Source: Malacoraja senta (Eukaryota). From it: a stretch of DNA of 64,000 nt. The DNA lies in NCBI GenBank assembly GCA_038087875.1, contig CM075994.1:5334001-5398000 (forward strand), written 5' to 3'. How positions within the stretch are numbered: the first letter of the stretch is position 1; each line of letters opens with the position of its first letter. Below, piece by piece: positions 51,690 to 64,000 of this stretch. The notes under the pieces are model-generated. The model was not told the DNA's origin. It worked only from the letters and a program-made list of their open reading frames with translations, and ran no database searches. The position numbers and the translations under genes are program-made.

Positions 51690-54600
51690 TGCAATTTATT
51701 AATACATATTCAAGTATATGTTAATAAGTTGGTGCTCAATATGAGCAGGGAATGTTGGGTAATAAACCTCTCTCTCGTTATCCAGGCAACCTGCGTGTAA
51801 ATTGCTATTCGATCTGCCGTTCGGAATATCACAAAATTGTCGACGAGGATGGGATAAAGTTTGTGAACTCATGCTTTAAATGTACTCCAGGGCTGTTTTA
51901 CAACATGCAGTGTTGTTTAACATTTTAAACAGTAAATACGGAGTTGTGTCGCAGTTGTTTGCGAGCTGGACACGATAGGGCGCAGATTCCTATATGGAGG
52001 GGACTGTCGATTAAAACAGCGGCTGTACAAATCGGCGAGAATTTGTCAGGCTATCTCTATGTTATATCTACGTGGCAAGATGTCGTCTTTGGGATTGTAT
52101 AACATTTTAGACTGAGTTTTTTATGTCAAGTTTTTCAAGGTGAATAACCGTTGTACAGCTAAGTTTTAGATTAATTGTTACACCAGAACAGAGAGGAAAT
52201 CGTGGTTTGTGAACGTACTATAAAAAAGGAAACGACACGATGGCAGGGTCCACGGGCTTCATCGGAAACCTTGGATTTTTTGACAAGAGTAGGGAGCCGT
52301 TCAGCTCCTATATGGAGAGAGCGAAAATGTTTTTCACGGCAAACAAAATAATGAAGATTAGTAGTAGTGAATAAGAGTTAGGGATAATGCCGTTTGCGAA
52401 AGCTTGAAAACGATTCTGCTCACCGAGTTTGGTCCGGAAGTGTATCGTGAATCTCGTGAATCTCCTTCGCACCATAAAGACAAAATACGTGCCATTCAAT
52501 GACATTATGAAGAAGTTGGAGGAGGTACTTCATCCCAAAGCATGTGGAAAAAGCAGAAAGCTATAAATTTGGCACTAGAAACCAAACGAAGAATGAGACA
52601 ATCAATGAGAACTTTGTTGTCTTGAAAAACAATGCACTGTAACGTTGGACTATGGAACTTGCCTCGGACGCGCACTATGCGACTAAATTTTTAGTACATG
52701 TTATTGGGTGTGGGGTGTTGACGCGGATAGAAAATTGGTTGGCAGACACGAAGCAAAGAGTAGGATTGAACGGGTCATTTCCAGAATGACACGCAGTGGC
52801 GAGTGGGGTGCCGCAAGGCTCGGGGTTGTGGCCGCAACTGTTTACCATATATATTAATGACTCGGAAGAGGGAATTAGGAGCAACACTAGCAAGTTTGCG
52901 GATGACACAAAGCTGGGTGGCAGAGTTTTATAGTAAAGAGGATGTTAGGACGTTGCAGGGTGACCTGGACAGGTTGAGTGTGTGGGCATATGCGTGGCAG
53001 AGGCAGTATAACATGTGAATATATATTTGAGTTCAAGTGGATGTACGAATTCAGTGGCAGATGCCATATAATAACCTGTGATGTTATCCACTTTGGTGAA
53101 AAAAACAAGGGGGCAGATTATTATCTAAATGGGTTTCGGTTAGTTATGGGGGAGGTACAGCGAAACCCGAGTGTCCTTGTACACCGGTCACTGAAAGTTG
53201 GCGTGCGGGTACAGCAGGCAGTGAAGAAAGCTAATGGAATGTTGGCATTCATAACAAGAGGATTTCGGTATAGGAGAGGTTTTTCTGCAGTTGTATAGGG
53301 CTCTGATAAGACCACATCTGGAGTATTGTGTACAGTTTTGGTCTCCTAATCATTGAGGCAATGCAGCGTAGCTTCACGAGATTGATCCATGGTATGGCGG
53401 GACTGTCATATGAGGAAAGATTGAAAATACCAAGTTTATATTCACTGGAGTTCAGAAGGATGAGGGGGATCTTATAGAAACATATACAATTATAAAAGGA
53501 CTGGTCAAGCTAGATGCAGGAAAAATGTTCCCAATGTTGGGCGAGTTCAGAACCAGGGCGCAACAGTCTTAGAATAAAGGGGAGGTCATTTAGGACTGAG
53601 GTGAGAAAAAACGTTTTAACCCAGAGAGGTGTGAGTCTGCTGAAATCCCATGCCACAGAGGGCAGTGGAGTCCAAATCACTGGATGGATTTAAGAGAGAG
53701 TTAGATAGAGCTCTAGGGGCTGGTGGAATCAAGGGGATATGGGGAGAACGCAGGCATGGGTTATTGATTGGGGACGATCAGCCATGATCACAATGAATGC
53801 CGGCGCTGGCTCGACGGGCCGACGGGCCGAGTGGCCTCCTCTTGCACCTATATTCTATGTTTCTATGTTTTTTATGACAGATTTGTTTGTGGTCTAGTGA
53901 ATGAACGAATTCAGTGCAAAGTCATCAACACTCCAGATCTTACATTCGAGAAAGCATGCAAGATTGCTACCGCAATGGAGATGGCATCAAAGAATGCTCG
54001 CGAGTTTCGTCCACCACGGACTGCAGTGGCCGTTTATAGTTACATGGCAGTGCCTTTGACCAAACCAAGAGACACTTAAACAAAATCAAAGTATGTCGAG
54101 GAGCCGAGTTCAGCCAGTTATTATCGTTGCAACCGTAAACCCAATTTTGTCAGTTCAAAATGGCCAAGTGCCGGAAGAAAGGCCATATCGCCTCAGCATG
54201 TCGGGGCAAGTTTAAAACAAGAAACCAACAACCTGCGGGAAACACGCGATACCAGCAGAGTTAATAACTTGGAGATGAACCCAGATGGAATAGAACTTGG
54301 GTTGCACATAATTTACGAAACCAACATCGATAAGCCTACAACCAGCCAACGTAAAGCCTTTCGAACTAAACTACTCATTAATTAACTCATAATGATCAGT
54401 CAGTAACATTGCCCATCATAGTGGCCAGCTACAGAAAAACTCTGACGTGAGAAGTGAACTCAGTCTACACGCTGCAAGTTGCAGATTAATACTTTCTGGT
54501 GACTGCAATAGAAATTGCAGCAGAAACAGATAAAAAGACAATGTGCTGAAGAGGGTCTATGAACAGACATTGAACGGTTGGACTGAAATCGATAGTGGAT

Positions 54601-56130
54601 TGAACTCAGAACTGTAGCCTTTCTATAATCGACGCCATGAATTATCATGTGAGCAGGGATGCACTAAGTTAGGTTAAATAGTGGTTGTACCAGAATCTTT
54701 GAGAAACAAAATTATGAATGAACTTCATGCCGAAAATCTTGTCATAGTAAGCATGAAGTCAATTGCCAGAGGATTTGTGTATTGGCCTGGTATTGATAGT
54801 GACATCGAGTCACTTTTGAGCAAATGTAGTTTCTGCCAAAATTGCCGGAGTAAACCACTATAAACACTACTGCAACCCTGGTCATGGCCAAATAGATCTT
54901 TTTAGAGAGTTCATGTCGATTTTTGTGAAAATGGTAATGATCACTTTCTGGTATTAGTAGATAGTCATTCCAAATGGATTGAGGTTAAGCATATGGTGTC
55001 AAGCACTTCTACTGGGTGTACCATCGATGAATTGAGATCAATTTTTGCATGCCGTGGTTTACCGGAAGAATCTGTTTCTGATAAAGGGGCCTCAGTTTTG
55101 ATCCGAACGTTTCAAAGGGTTCATGCAGCGGAATGGTGTAAAACACATACTTGTTCCACGATACCATCCATCCTCCAATGGGGCGGGTGAAAGGTCTGTT
55201 AGAGTTGTCAAAGATGCTGTCAAGAAACAGGTTTTGCAGGGTAGTTTAAATCTTAGCATGAAATACCGTTTGGCTAGTTTCTTGTGAATCATTGAATCAC
55301 AAAAATAGGTTACTCACCTGGAGAACTGTTGATGAAGGGAAGTCTAAGAACACGCCATGGTCGATTCAACCTAATTTGGCCATTTTGACTCCAACAAAAA
55401 GGAGAGGTACTTCAAGCCAGATGAGCAAGTTCGTGTTCTCAGTTCTCCGAACAAGTCCAGTCGAGACAAATGGGATGTTGGGAAAATAGTGGAAGTGTGT
55501 GGAACAAAATTATAGTTGAATATGGTGATAGGATCAAAAGTGTTCATGTTGATTAAATGATTCCAGCCAAAGATGAAACAAAAACTGAGCATGATATCCT
55601 AATCCCTGAGTTGTTATCTGAAAGTGAGTAGGAAGACACCACTGTGATTGAAACACAAAGTTCAGTTGTTATAGACAAAGGTACAGATTCCGCTGGTCAA
55701 AGTCGGAGTACTAAAACGGAGCCAATCAAGCCTACAGTTGACTCAACACCTAAACCTGTTACACCTGTTATTGTTAGACGATCAGGCAGGATGCGTAAAC
55801 CAGTAGTCATATTAAGTCTGTAAGTTATGTAACGCACTGTGTAGGTAAAGTGAAAATGTGTAGATATGTAAAATAAATATATTATGTTTATCAATTAAGA
55901 TTTCATAAATACTGGTTTAAATCGAGTACCACAGCAACAAAATAGTAACTGAGTACTTAGATTTAATACATAAAAAAGGAGAGCAGTGTAATGTATTCAT
56001 ACATATTCGTGTGTGTGTGAATGAGTTGGTGCTCAATATAAGCAGGGAATCTTGGGTAGTAAAACTCTCTCTCGTGATCCGGAGAACATGCGTGTAAGTT
56101 GTTATTCATTGTGCCGTCCGGAATATAACA
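51690..56130 (+). mobile_element. Ty3/Gypsy LTR retrotransposon (Mag-like), degraded, RT/RNase H apparently deleted
   Basis: 144-bp TG..CA LTRs at 51690-51833 and 55987-56130; PBS 51838-51855; PPT 55972-55986; gag from 52240 (FDKSREPFSSYMER, DRFVCGL, KGHIASAC); integrase (YWPGIDSDI, LVDSHSKW, YHPSSNG). Confidence 0.9.
52680..53870 (+). mobile_element. 5'-truncated CR1 inserted in Gypsy gag
   Basis: [11 protein letters not shown] through to the ttctatg tail; gag resumes at DRFVCGL. Confidence 0.85.
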
Positions 56131-56459
56131 AAGTCCGTTCGGCTAATTGGCACTTCGGCGTCGGTTCCTTCCGGTTATTTGGCTGTTCGGCGTCGTTTCC
56201 CGTTCGGCTATTTGGCTTTTCGGCGTCGTTTCCGTTCGGTATCTTGGCTTCCACTTTTTCGATTCGGCGCCACTGTTCCTTCGACGCCCTGTCCACTCAC
56301 GGGTTATCTTGATCAGGACAGGTCAATATTACAGCTCGGAAACTTTTACATTCTCTGTTTACATTTCTCTTCCTTTCCTCAACATTTTACACATTCACAA
56401 ATCCAGATGACTCTCAATATCGCAATACAGAGTAAGTAGATATAAATGTTGAAGATCGA

Positions 56460-56612
56460 TAGAATAGACTGGAGTAATTCAGCGGGACACGCAGTGTCAC
56501 TGGAAGGAAGGAATGGCTAACGTTACGGGTCGAGATACTTTTTCAGATCGGGTGACGTTTCATGTCTCGACTGGAAATGTCACCCATTCCTTTTCTCCAG
56601 AGATACTGCCTT
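56460..56612. repeat. Degraded Penelope-pLTR palindrome
   Basis: ctggagtaattcagcgggac..gtcacccattccttttctccagagatactgcc. Confidence 0.6.
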
Positions 56613-57347
56613 TCCTCAGGGCTGGATTTACGTGTAAGCTGGACAAGCTTAAGCTTAGGGCCTCGAGATCTAGGGGGCCTCGCAGAGCCGGATTTACCAT
56701 TAGGCTTCATAGGCTGAAGCCTTGGGCCTCGAAATCTAGGGGGCCTCCGGTCAAGGCTGGACACCTGCCGTTCAACTCTGGGCGGGCCCCTCTCTATCTC
56801 TCTCTCTCCGTCTCCGCCCGCCATCCGTATCCGGGCCGCCCGGCTCCGCTCTGCGCTCGGTGCTCATCCGCCGGCACGGCAGGCCGCCTTGCACATGCGC
56901 ATTACTACGGCCAATACGTCCTCCCCCCTGCACATGCGCCCAAGCACGGCCCGCACATCATCGGCCGCCCTGCGCATACGCACTGCCACGGCAACTGATC
57001 GGCGCTGGGCATTTTCTCCCTCGCTTTGAATTGTGGGAGATTTGGCCGCCATTGCTGTCCGGTCGCTGCCTCGCCGCAACCGCTGAAAACCAACGAAGAA
57101 TCACTCGCTGACCCTGGATCAGGAGTAACTCCCTGGAGTAATTCTTACTTCTGGTTTCCTGGTCCTCCATAAATATTCTAAATGAAATTTAAACTGGAGA
57201 TGGTAGAGGGCTGAACAATTACAGCCTATTTCATTGTATCTGTTTATTTATTGTGTATATATATGATCTATGGTATATAAACACACATAACTTTTATGTC
57301 CTGTTAAGTATTATGTTCACATATTCTGTTGGGCGGCAGCAAGCAAG

Positions 57348-60300
57348 AATAGTAAGATTAAACGAGAACCTACCAGTTCGAAGTTTGATCTTTATTTTAT
57401 GAGGAATTACGATGAGGGACTACGTGAAGAAGAGCCCGTCCAGCCACACACGCGTCAATCTTCAAAGCAGCGGTGTGAAATCACAGACAACAATTATTGA
57501 AGAATGATAGTAAGATACGTAAAGACTAGAACTACCAGCTCGATCTTTATGAGGGTGGGAGCGGAGGGCACGTAGTCCCCCATCGTAACTCCTCATAAAA
57601 TAAAGATCAAACTTCAAACTGGTAAGTTTTCGTTTAATCTTACTATTTTACTTCGGAGTCACGTGGGTGACCACGTGAAGATTTCAAAGCTCTGTGATTT
57701 CACGCCGTAGATTAAAATCCAGGCGTCTCGCTGCATTGATTGACTCAAAATGAGTAAAGCAATCAACAATGCATAACCACAACATAGATGTAATCAGTTA
57801 ATGGTTTTATTTATCACAACAACAGTAACCCCTTTATCATAATGGGACATTTAAAACTGAATCCAAAACAGCACCACGAAATAACCCAGGATCTTTAATC
57901 TCCTTATGGTAATACTTGTGAAACATCCGTTCACTTGCCCATCTTGCGGTCGCGAGGATAAGGTCTATTGGAACGTCCAAATCCTTGGCCGCCGATGTTG
58001 ATGCCGCCCTGGAGGAATGAGATTTAATTTTTTCAGTATCAATACCTGCACCAACCAACACCTGCTTCAGCCATCTTTAAATAATCTGTACCGACACTTT
58101 CTTATGCGGTTTTTATAGCTGAAAAAGAAAGCTAATTCTGCACATTTTATTGTTCTGGTTGCTTCAATGCAACATCGTAAATGTGCTACTACACATAGAC
58201 GTGGATCCGTAGGATATGCTGAAAAACCAACTTATATCTTGTGAACCCAGGTCTACTCTATTTAAGCAAATCATAGACATAGAATGTAATGGCATCTGCT
58301 GCTATTTTCATGCTGTCTAATCGTAATTACTGCAATGTTTGCACTCCCTGTGCTGAAACTAGTGCCATGAGCATAAAGAACAATGGTAATTTTGGCCAAT
58401 GACAGAGCTTCCATAGGCGAAGGAGCATAAGCACATCTCTTACATTCCAGATTTTTGTATACCTGGTTCTAGGAGGATTGGAAATAAAAATTCCCTTCTT
58501 AAACCTACAGACCCAAGGGTGTGATCCTATAGGATTTTGTTCTGATTCCCTGCATAGATATGCAGAAAGAGCATTCCTTGCAGTATTGATCGCACTATAT
58601 CTCAAATGCAAATCAAAATAAAGAGTTGACAGAAATTCTAACACCTCTGAAATGTCTGCAGTGTGATATGTAATATTATTTCGTAAACAAAACACCTCCC
58701 ATTGCCTTATATAAGAAATGTCCTGCTTCTGGGTATTATTCCTCCAGGCTGCCGCCATAACATCCACGGTACGCTCTGATAATCCTCTTCCGAGGTATGG
58801 CCTTCTTAGAACCTGCAAACCAATAAACCAATACGATCATGTAAAGGATGTGACTCACCAATTACAGGGTGCACAAGCAGGTTTTCCTGCTTAGGAATAA
58901 TCATAAGGGGCCTTGTGATCATTTTTAACACAATAGGGTACCACGGCTGTGTACGCCAGTCTGGTACCACTAAAACGCCTGAAGCTGAGTCCTGTTTGAT
59001 TTTCTGTATACACCGATTAATGAGGCAAAATGGAGGACATACATACAGAAACATACTACCCAATATAGCGAGAAAGCATCCACCGCTACTGCACCAGGAT
59101 GAGTTTCCCATGACACATACTTAGGAAATTGATGGTTAAGTCTTGATGAAAACAAGTCAATCTCTGGCATCCAGAACCGTGCAACAATTGTATTAAATGT
59201 TCCACGATCCAACATCGACTCTGTATTGTCGTTGAATTTACGTGACCTTGTGTCTAACTGGTAGGTAGATTGCCGAAAGCCAAATGTTTCTGGTAATACA
59301 TCAGATCCAGATCACGTTTGCCAATCTATCACTAAATTCTGACTTGATACCACCCATATGATTAACATACGCTACAGCTGAAGTATTGTCAATCTGTACC
59401 TGAACATGCAAAATTTCCATATTAGAACAATAAGCTTTAAGCCCATAAAATGTTCCTAAATGCTCTAGGTAATTGATACCTTGTTCTTGGTGCAAAGGTA
59501 CTTCTTCCACATTCCATCTACCTCCGCAGCTGGAAACAGTATTAGTAGCGCCCAACCTAGAGCACTTACATCAGTCTGTAGAATAATTGAATGTGTTTCA
59601 ACTACATCCGGAAGTGGCGGCGGTGTCGTACAGCAGCGGCTCGCCTGCAGTCCGTCTGTTTTTACTTTTTTTGTTGTTTTCTTTTGTCCTGTTTTAGTTA
59701 AATTTTAGTTTATTGGGTTGTGTATGTGTGGGGTGGGGGTTGAAATTTGACTTTTGTCTCTTCCTTCGGGGGAATGCGACTTTTTCTTGTCGTATCCCCC
59801 TTCTCTGCCTCCGTCTGCGCCGAGGCCTAATGGCGGAGCTGCCGGCCTCCAACTCCAACTGCGACCGACCGACCTCGAGGCTCCGGAGGCAGAGCCAGGA
59901 CTTACCAGCGCGAGGTTGGCCAATTCGGGGCTGCGGTGGCGTTCCGGCGGTGGCGACCGAGGACACTGGTGGCGACCTGAGTCCGGAGGCTCGGCCGCGG
60001 GCGCGGTGGACGACATCGTCGGGAGCGCGCAGGTCACAGGTGGGTGACCTGTTTTTCTGGAGCTCCCGCAACTACAGCTGCGTCCGCTGGACTGGACGGC
60101 GGCAGCTTCGACCACCCCGGGTCGTGGAGTTTGAACCGGCCCGTCGCGGACGGAGCACGGATTCAGCCGCGGGATTGACTTACCATCACCCGGCGGGGTC
60201 ACAACATCAGAAGCCTGGATCGCCTCAGACCAGAGGGAGAATAAAGCGGGAAGAGACAGAGACTTTATGACTTTTGCCTCCATCACAGTGAGGAGGTGCC

Positions 60301-61497
60301 AGGTGAACTCACTGTGGTGGGTGTTAATTTGTGTTTATTGTGTGTTTTGTTATTTATTATTATATGTATGACTGCAGGCAACGAAATTTCGTTCAGACCG
60401 AAAGGTCTGAATGACAAATAAAGGAATCTCTCTAATCTCTCTAAACGAGAATTTGTCTGGAAGCATTATAGACACTGTTAATCCAACATTCTAATTCCGT
60501 AATAGCCGCAATTGCAATTGCATGGGCCTGTCAAAATGCCCCGCATTTATCCTTAATGCGTGTACCTTTGCTCGCTGCAAATGCTGATAATGCAGTGGTC
60601 CAAACTCCACAGCTGGAAAGGAAGCAATTAATTTGCCCAACAAGCTTGCTACCTGCCTAATTGAGGGTTGGTGCTCTGTAATGAGCCTAATACAACCTCC
60701 AATTAACTGCAGCCTTTTATCTCTAGGCTAAGTGACTACCATGTGTTTTGAGTCAATGCTAAAACCCAAATAATCAATTTCTGTGCTTGGTAATAATTTG
60801 GATTTATGTGGGTGAATAATGAATCACAGCCTCTCGAAAATGAGCTTAATTCTTGACAGTGATGCTTCTGTTTTAGCCAAAGTGTCTCCCACAATCAGAA
60901 TATCATCCAAGTAAGCCATTAGCACATGGCCCTGAGCTCTCAGTAGTGCTAAAATTGGTTGTATTAATTTTGTAAATAATCTTGGAGCTGAAGTTAAACC
61001 ATTAGGCAATGCTTTAAATTGCCATAATTGACTCATTCATCTAAATTTTAAGTATGTCCGATCATTACCATGCACAGCCACAGAATAACATGCATCTTGC
61101 AGATCTATGCTAGCCATATAGCATTCTCTTGAAGCGAGCTGAATGGCATTTGTAAATGTCTCCATTTTAAAATGTTAATACTGTACAAAAGGGTTAAGTC
61201 TTATCAGATCTAGAATAATTCTACACCCACCATCCATTTTTATCTAGGAAAAATGCTTGACACAAATTGATGGTGTTGGTCAACTGACTTCTCTATTACA
61301 CCTTTTTGGCATAATATTTCCAGAAATCTGCGTATTCTCTTCTTTCGAGAAAATACGTGTCCGGCATGAAATATGCTGAGTAGGAGGATCCAAATGTGGA
61401 CAGAATTCAATTCTAAATCGCACAATACTGCACAGTATAAACGCATCAGTTGTTATTTGTTGCCATTATTTTAGGAATAATTGTAATCTTCCTCCAA
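57348..61497 (-). mobile_element. DIRS1-like tyrosine-recombinase retrotransposon (RT, RNase H, methyltransferase, YR, ICR, right ITR), degraded
   Basis: ALPNGLTSAPRLFTK, YLDDILI; QIDNTSAVAYVNHMGG; IDLFSSRLN, CPPF, PDWRTQPWYP; HSSRAASTS, FHKYY; terminal inverted repeat. Confidence 0.9.
59606..60443 (+). mobile_element. Non-autonomous GC-rich retroelement inserted in DIRS RNase H
   Basis: GC-rich body; 3' hairpin ttcagaccgaaaggtctgaa, aataaa, (aatctctct)n tail. Confidence 0.65.
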
Positions 61498-64000
61498 CTT
61501 CAAGTCAAGTGAGTTTATTGTCATGTATCCCTGATAGGACAATTAAATTCTTACTTTGCTTCAGCACACACAACATAGTAGGCATTTACTACAAAACAGA
61601 TGTGTGTCCATATACCATAATATAAATATATACACACATGAATAAATAGACTGATAAAGTGCAGATAACAGATAACGGGTTATTACTAATCAGAGTTTTG
61701 TCCGAGCCAGGTTTAATAGCCTGATAGCTGAGGGGAAGTAGCTATTTCTGAACGTGGTTGTTGCAGTCTTCAAGCTCCTGTACCTTCTACCTTAAGGTAG
61801 CAGGGAGGTGAGTGTGTGGCCAGGATGGTGTGGGTCTTTGATGATACTGCCAGCCTTTTTGAGGCTGCGACTGCGATAAATCCCCTCGCATTTGGACTGG
61901 GCAGTGTTTACTACTTTTTGTAGTATTTTCCTCTCCAAGGCGCTCAAGATGCCGAACCAAGCCACGATGCAACCGGTCAGCATGCTCTCTACTGTGCACC
62001 TGTAGAAGTTAGAGAGAGTCCTCCTTGACAAACCGACTCTCCGTAATCTTCTCAGGAAGTAGAGGCGCTGATGAGCTTTCTTGATAATTGCATTAGTGTT
62101 CTCGGACCAGGAAAGATCTTCAGAAATGTGCACCCCCAGGAATTTGAAGCTCTTGACCCTTTCAACCATCGACCCGTTGATATAAACGGAACTGTGGGTC
62201 CCCATCCTTCCAAAGTCCACAATCAGTTCCTTGTTTTTTCTGGTGTTGAGGGCCAGGTTGTTGTGCTGGCACCATATGGACAGTTGCTGGATCTCTCTTC
62301 TATACTCTGACTCATCCCCATCAGTGATACGTCCCACCACAGTGGTGTCGCCAGCGAACTTGATGATGGAGTTCGCACTGTGACGGGCTACGCAGTCATG
62401 AATATAGGGTGCGTACAGCAGGGGGCTTAGCACGCAGCCTTGAGGTGCTCCCGTGTTGATTGTTATCGAGGCTGACAGATTTCCACCAATACGAACAGAC
62501 TGTGGTATGTGAATGAGGAAGTTGAGGATCCAATTGCAGAGGGATGCGCAGAGACACAGTTCTGCGAGTTTGGTAAGCAGCTTGGAGGGGATGATTGTGT
62601 TAAATGCCGAGCTGTAATCGATGAATAACAGCCTGACAGATGAGTTGTTGTTGTCCAAGTTGTGCAGGGCGGAGTGGAGGGCCAGCGAGATCGCATCCAC
62701 CGTTGATCTGGTGTGGCGGTGACCGAACTGCAGTGGGTCCATGTTTTTGTCGGAGTAAGAGTTGATTTGCTCCATGATCAACCTCTCAAAGCATTTCATC
62801 ATCACGGGCGTTAGTGCCACACGTCGATAGTCATTGGGGCACGTCACCTTCCTCTTCTTGGGCACTGGTATAATTGATGCGCTTTTAAAGCAGGTGGGGA
62901 CCTCAGCACTCAGAAGTGTGAGGTTGAAAATGTCCGTAACGACTCCAGCTAGTTGGTCTGCACAAGTTTTTAGAACACGACCGGGTATACCATCAGGTGC
63001 AGGCGCTTTTCGAGGGTTCACCACTCTGAAGGATTTCCTGACGTCGGCCTCTGTGACTGAGACCGAAATACCATCACAGCGAATGGGGGCTCGGGAAGGC
63101 ACATCAGTGTTCTCCCTATCAAAGCGTGCGTAAAACGCATTGAGCTTATCAGGGAGTGATGTTTCGCCGACATTCGAGCTGCCTCCAGGTTTCGCCTTGT
63201 AGGTGGTGATTGCATTCAGGCCCAGCCACAGGTTCCGAACATCAGTATCAACCTCCAGTTTGGAGCAGAAGTCCATTTTGGCCTTTTTGATGGCCTTACC
63301 AAGGTCGTATCTGGACTTCATGTAGGGCACTGTATCATCAGACTTGAATGCCCGGTGTCTGGACTTCAGAAGAGTGCGGATCTCAAAGTTCATCCAAGGT
63401 TTCTGATTGGGAAACGCTCGGAAGATTTTGTTGTGGAGGCAGTCCTCCACACACTACTTAATGAAGTCTGTAACGACTGTAGCGTATTCGTTCAGGTCCG
63501 TTGCCGAGTCCTTGAACATTGCCCAGTCTACAGACTCCAAACAGTCCTGGAGTAGTTCCTCTGCCCCCCCCCCCCTGACCAGCTCTGTACTGTCCTCACC
63601 TCTGGGGTGCGCTCTTTAATTGCTGCTTGTAGGCAGGAAGAAGCAGCACCGCGGTATGGTCGGATTTGCCGAAGTGAGGGCGAGGGATAGAGCGATAGGC
63701 ATTCTTGATGGTGGTGTAGCAGTGGTCCAGGGTGTTTGGTCCTCTGGTGCAGCAGGAGACATGTTGGCGGAAGTTAGGGCGTGATTTCTTTAGATTTGCT
63801 TTATTGAAGTCTCCGGCTATGGTGGTGAACGCCTCGGGGTAATAAGTCTGGTGTCTGTTGACCACGGCGTGCAGCTCCTCCAGTGCCAGACGGACGTCTG
63901 CCTGGGGTGGGATGTAGACCGCAGTTAGGATGATGTAGGCGAATTCCCGTGGGAGGTAGAAGGGACGACACTTCACTGCCAGATGTTCGAGGTGTGGAGA
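61497..64000 (-). mobile_element. Rex1/Babar LINE (EN 63596-63976, RT 61792-63450) running off the window
   Basis: AVYIPPQA, GDFN, SDHTAV; LFIDYSSAFNTI, PQGCVLSPLLY, FAGDTT (catalytic D lost); (CTTGA)n tail. Confidence 0.9.

Larger units (their letters stand above)
51550..56301. repeat. Foldback-type subterminal tandem array (~30-bp units), split by Gypsy into 51550-51689 and 56131-56301
   Basis: Units like ccgttcggctatttggcttttcggcgtcgttt on both sides; terminus resembles that at 31606. Confidence 0.6.

Noticed and set aside
51550..56301. CRISPR-like array
   Set aside because: Degenerate contiguous units with no unique spacers, no cas genes, and a eukaryotic context.
56407..57177. Micro-exon candidates (56407-56431 +; 57149-57177 -)
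   Set aside because: Splice-like motifs only; too short to distinguish from chance.
57837..59215. Phage integrase or restriction-modification methylase
   Set aside because: Collinear with RT/RNase H and the ICR, so these are DIRS components.
59694..60286. Overlapping 100-190-aa ORFs on both strands
   Set aside because: GC-rich, stop-poor repeat body with no recognisable domain.

Overview
This is eukaryotic, not prokaryotic, DNA. It is a transposon-saturated vertebrate region, most likely from a cartilaginous fish such as a skate or ray (inferred from the repeat families, not verified). No intact host gene is evident. The window is a nested stack of CR1 LINEs (esterase ORF1, EN/RT ORF2), a near-intact ~6.4 kb L1, Rex1/Babar, L2, Penelope elements, V-SINEs, a Tc1, a Gypsy LTR element and a DIRS tyrosine-recombinase element. 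The most notable structures are: (1) an apparently perfect 6148-bp tandem duplication (10954-23249); (2) a 2.4-kb non-coding foldback element with ~1.1-1.2-kb arms and an exact 8-bp TSD (31606-34003); (3) a family of ~180-bp palindromes built from two Penelope ends carrying hammerhead-ribozyme cores; (4) an unclassified CpG-rich, promoter-like module next to degraded coding-like DNA (30270-31605). Family names come from motif recognition only; no database search was run. Boundaries of degraded elements are approximate.
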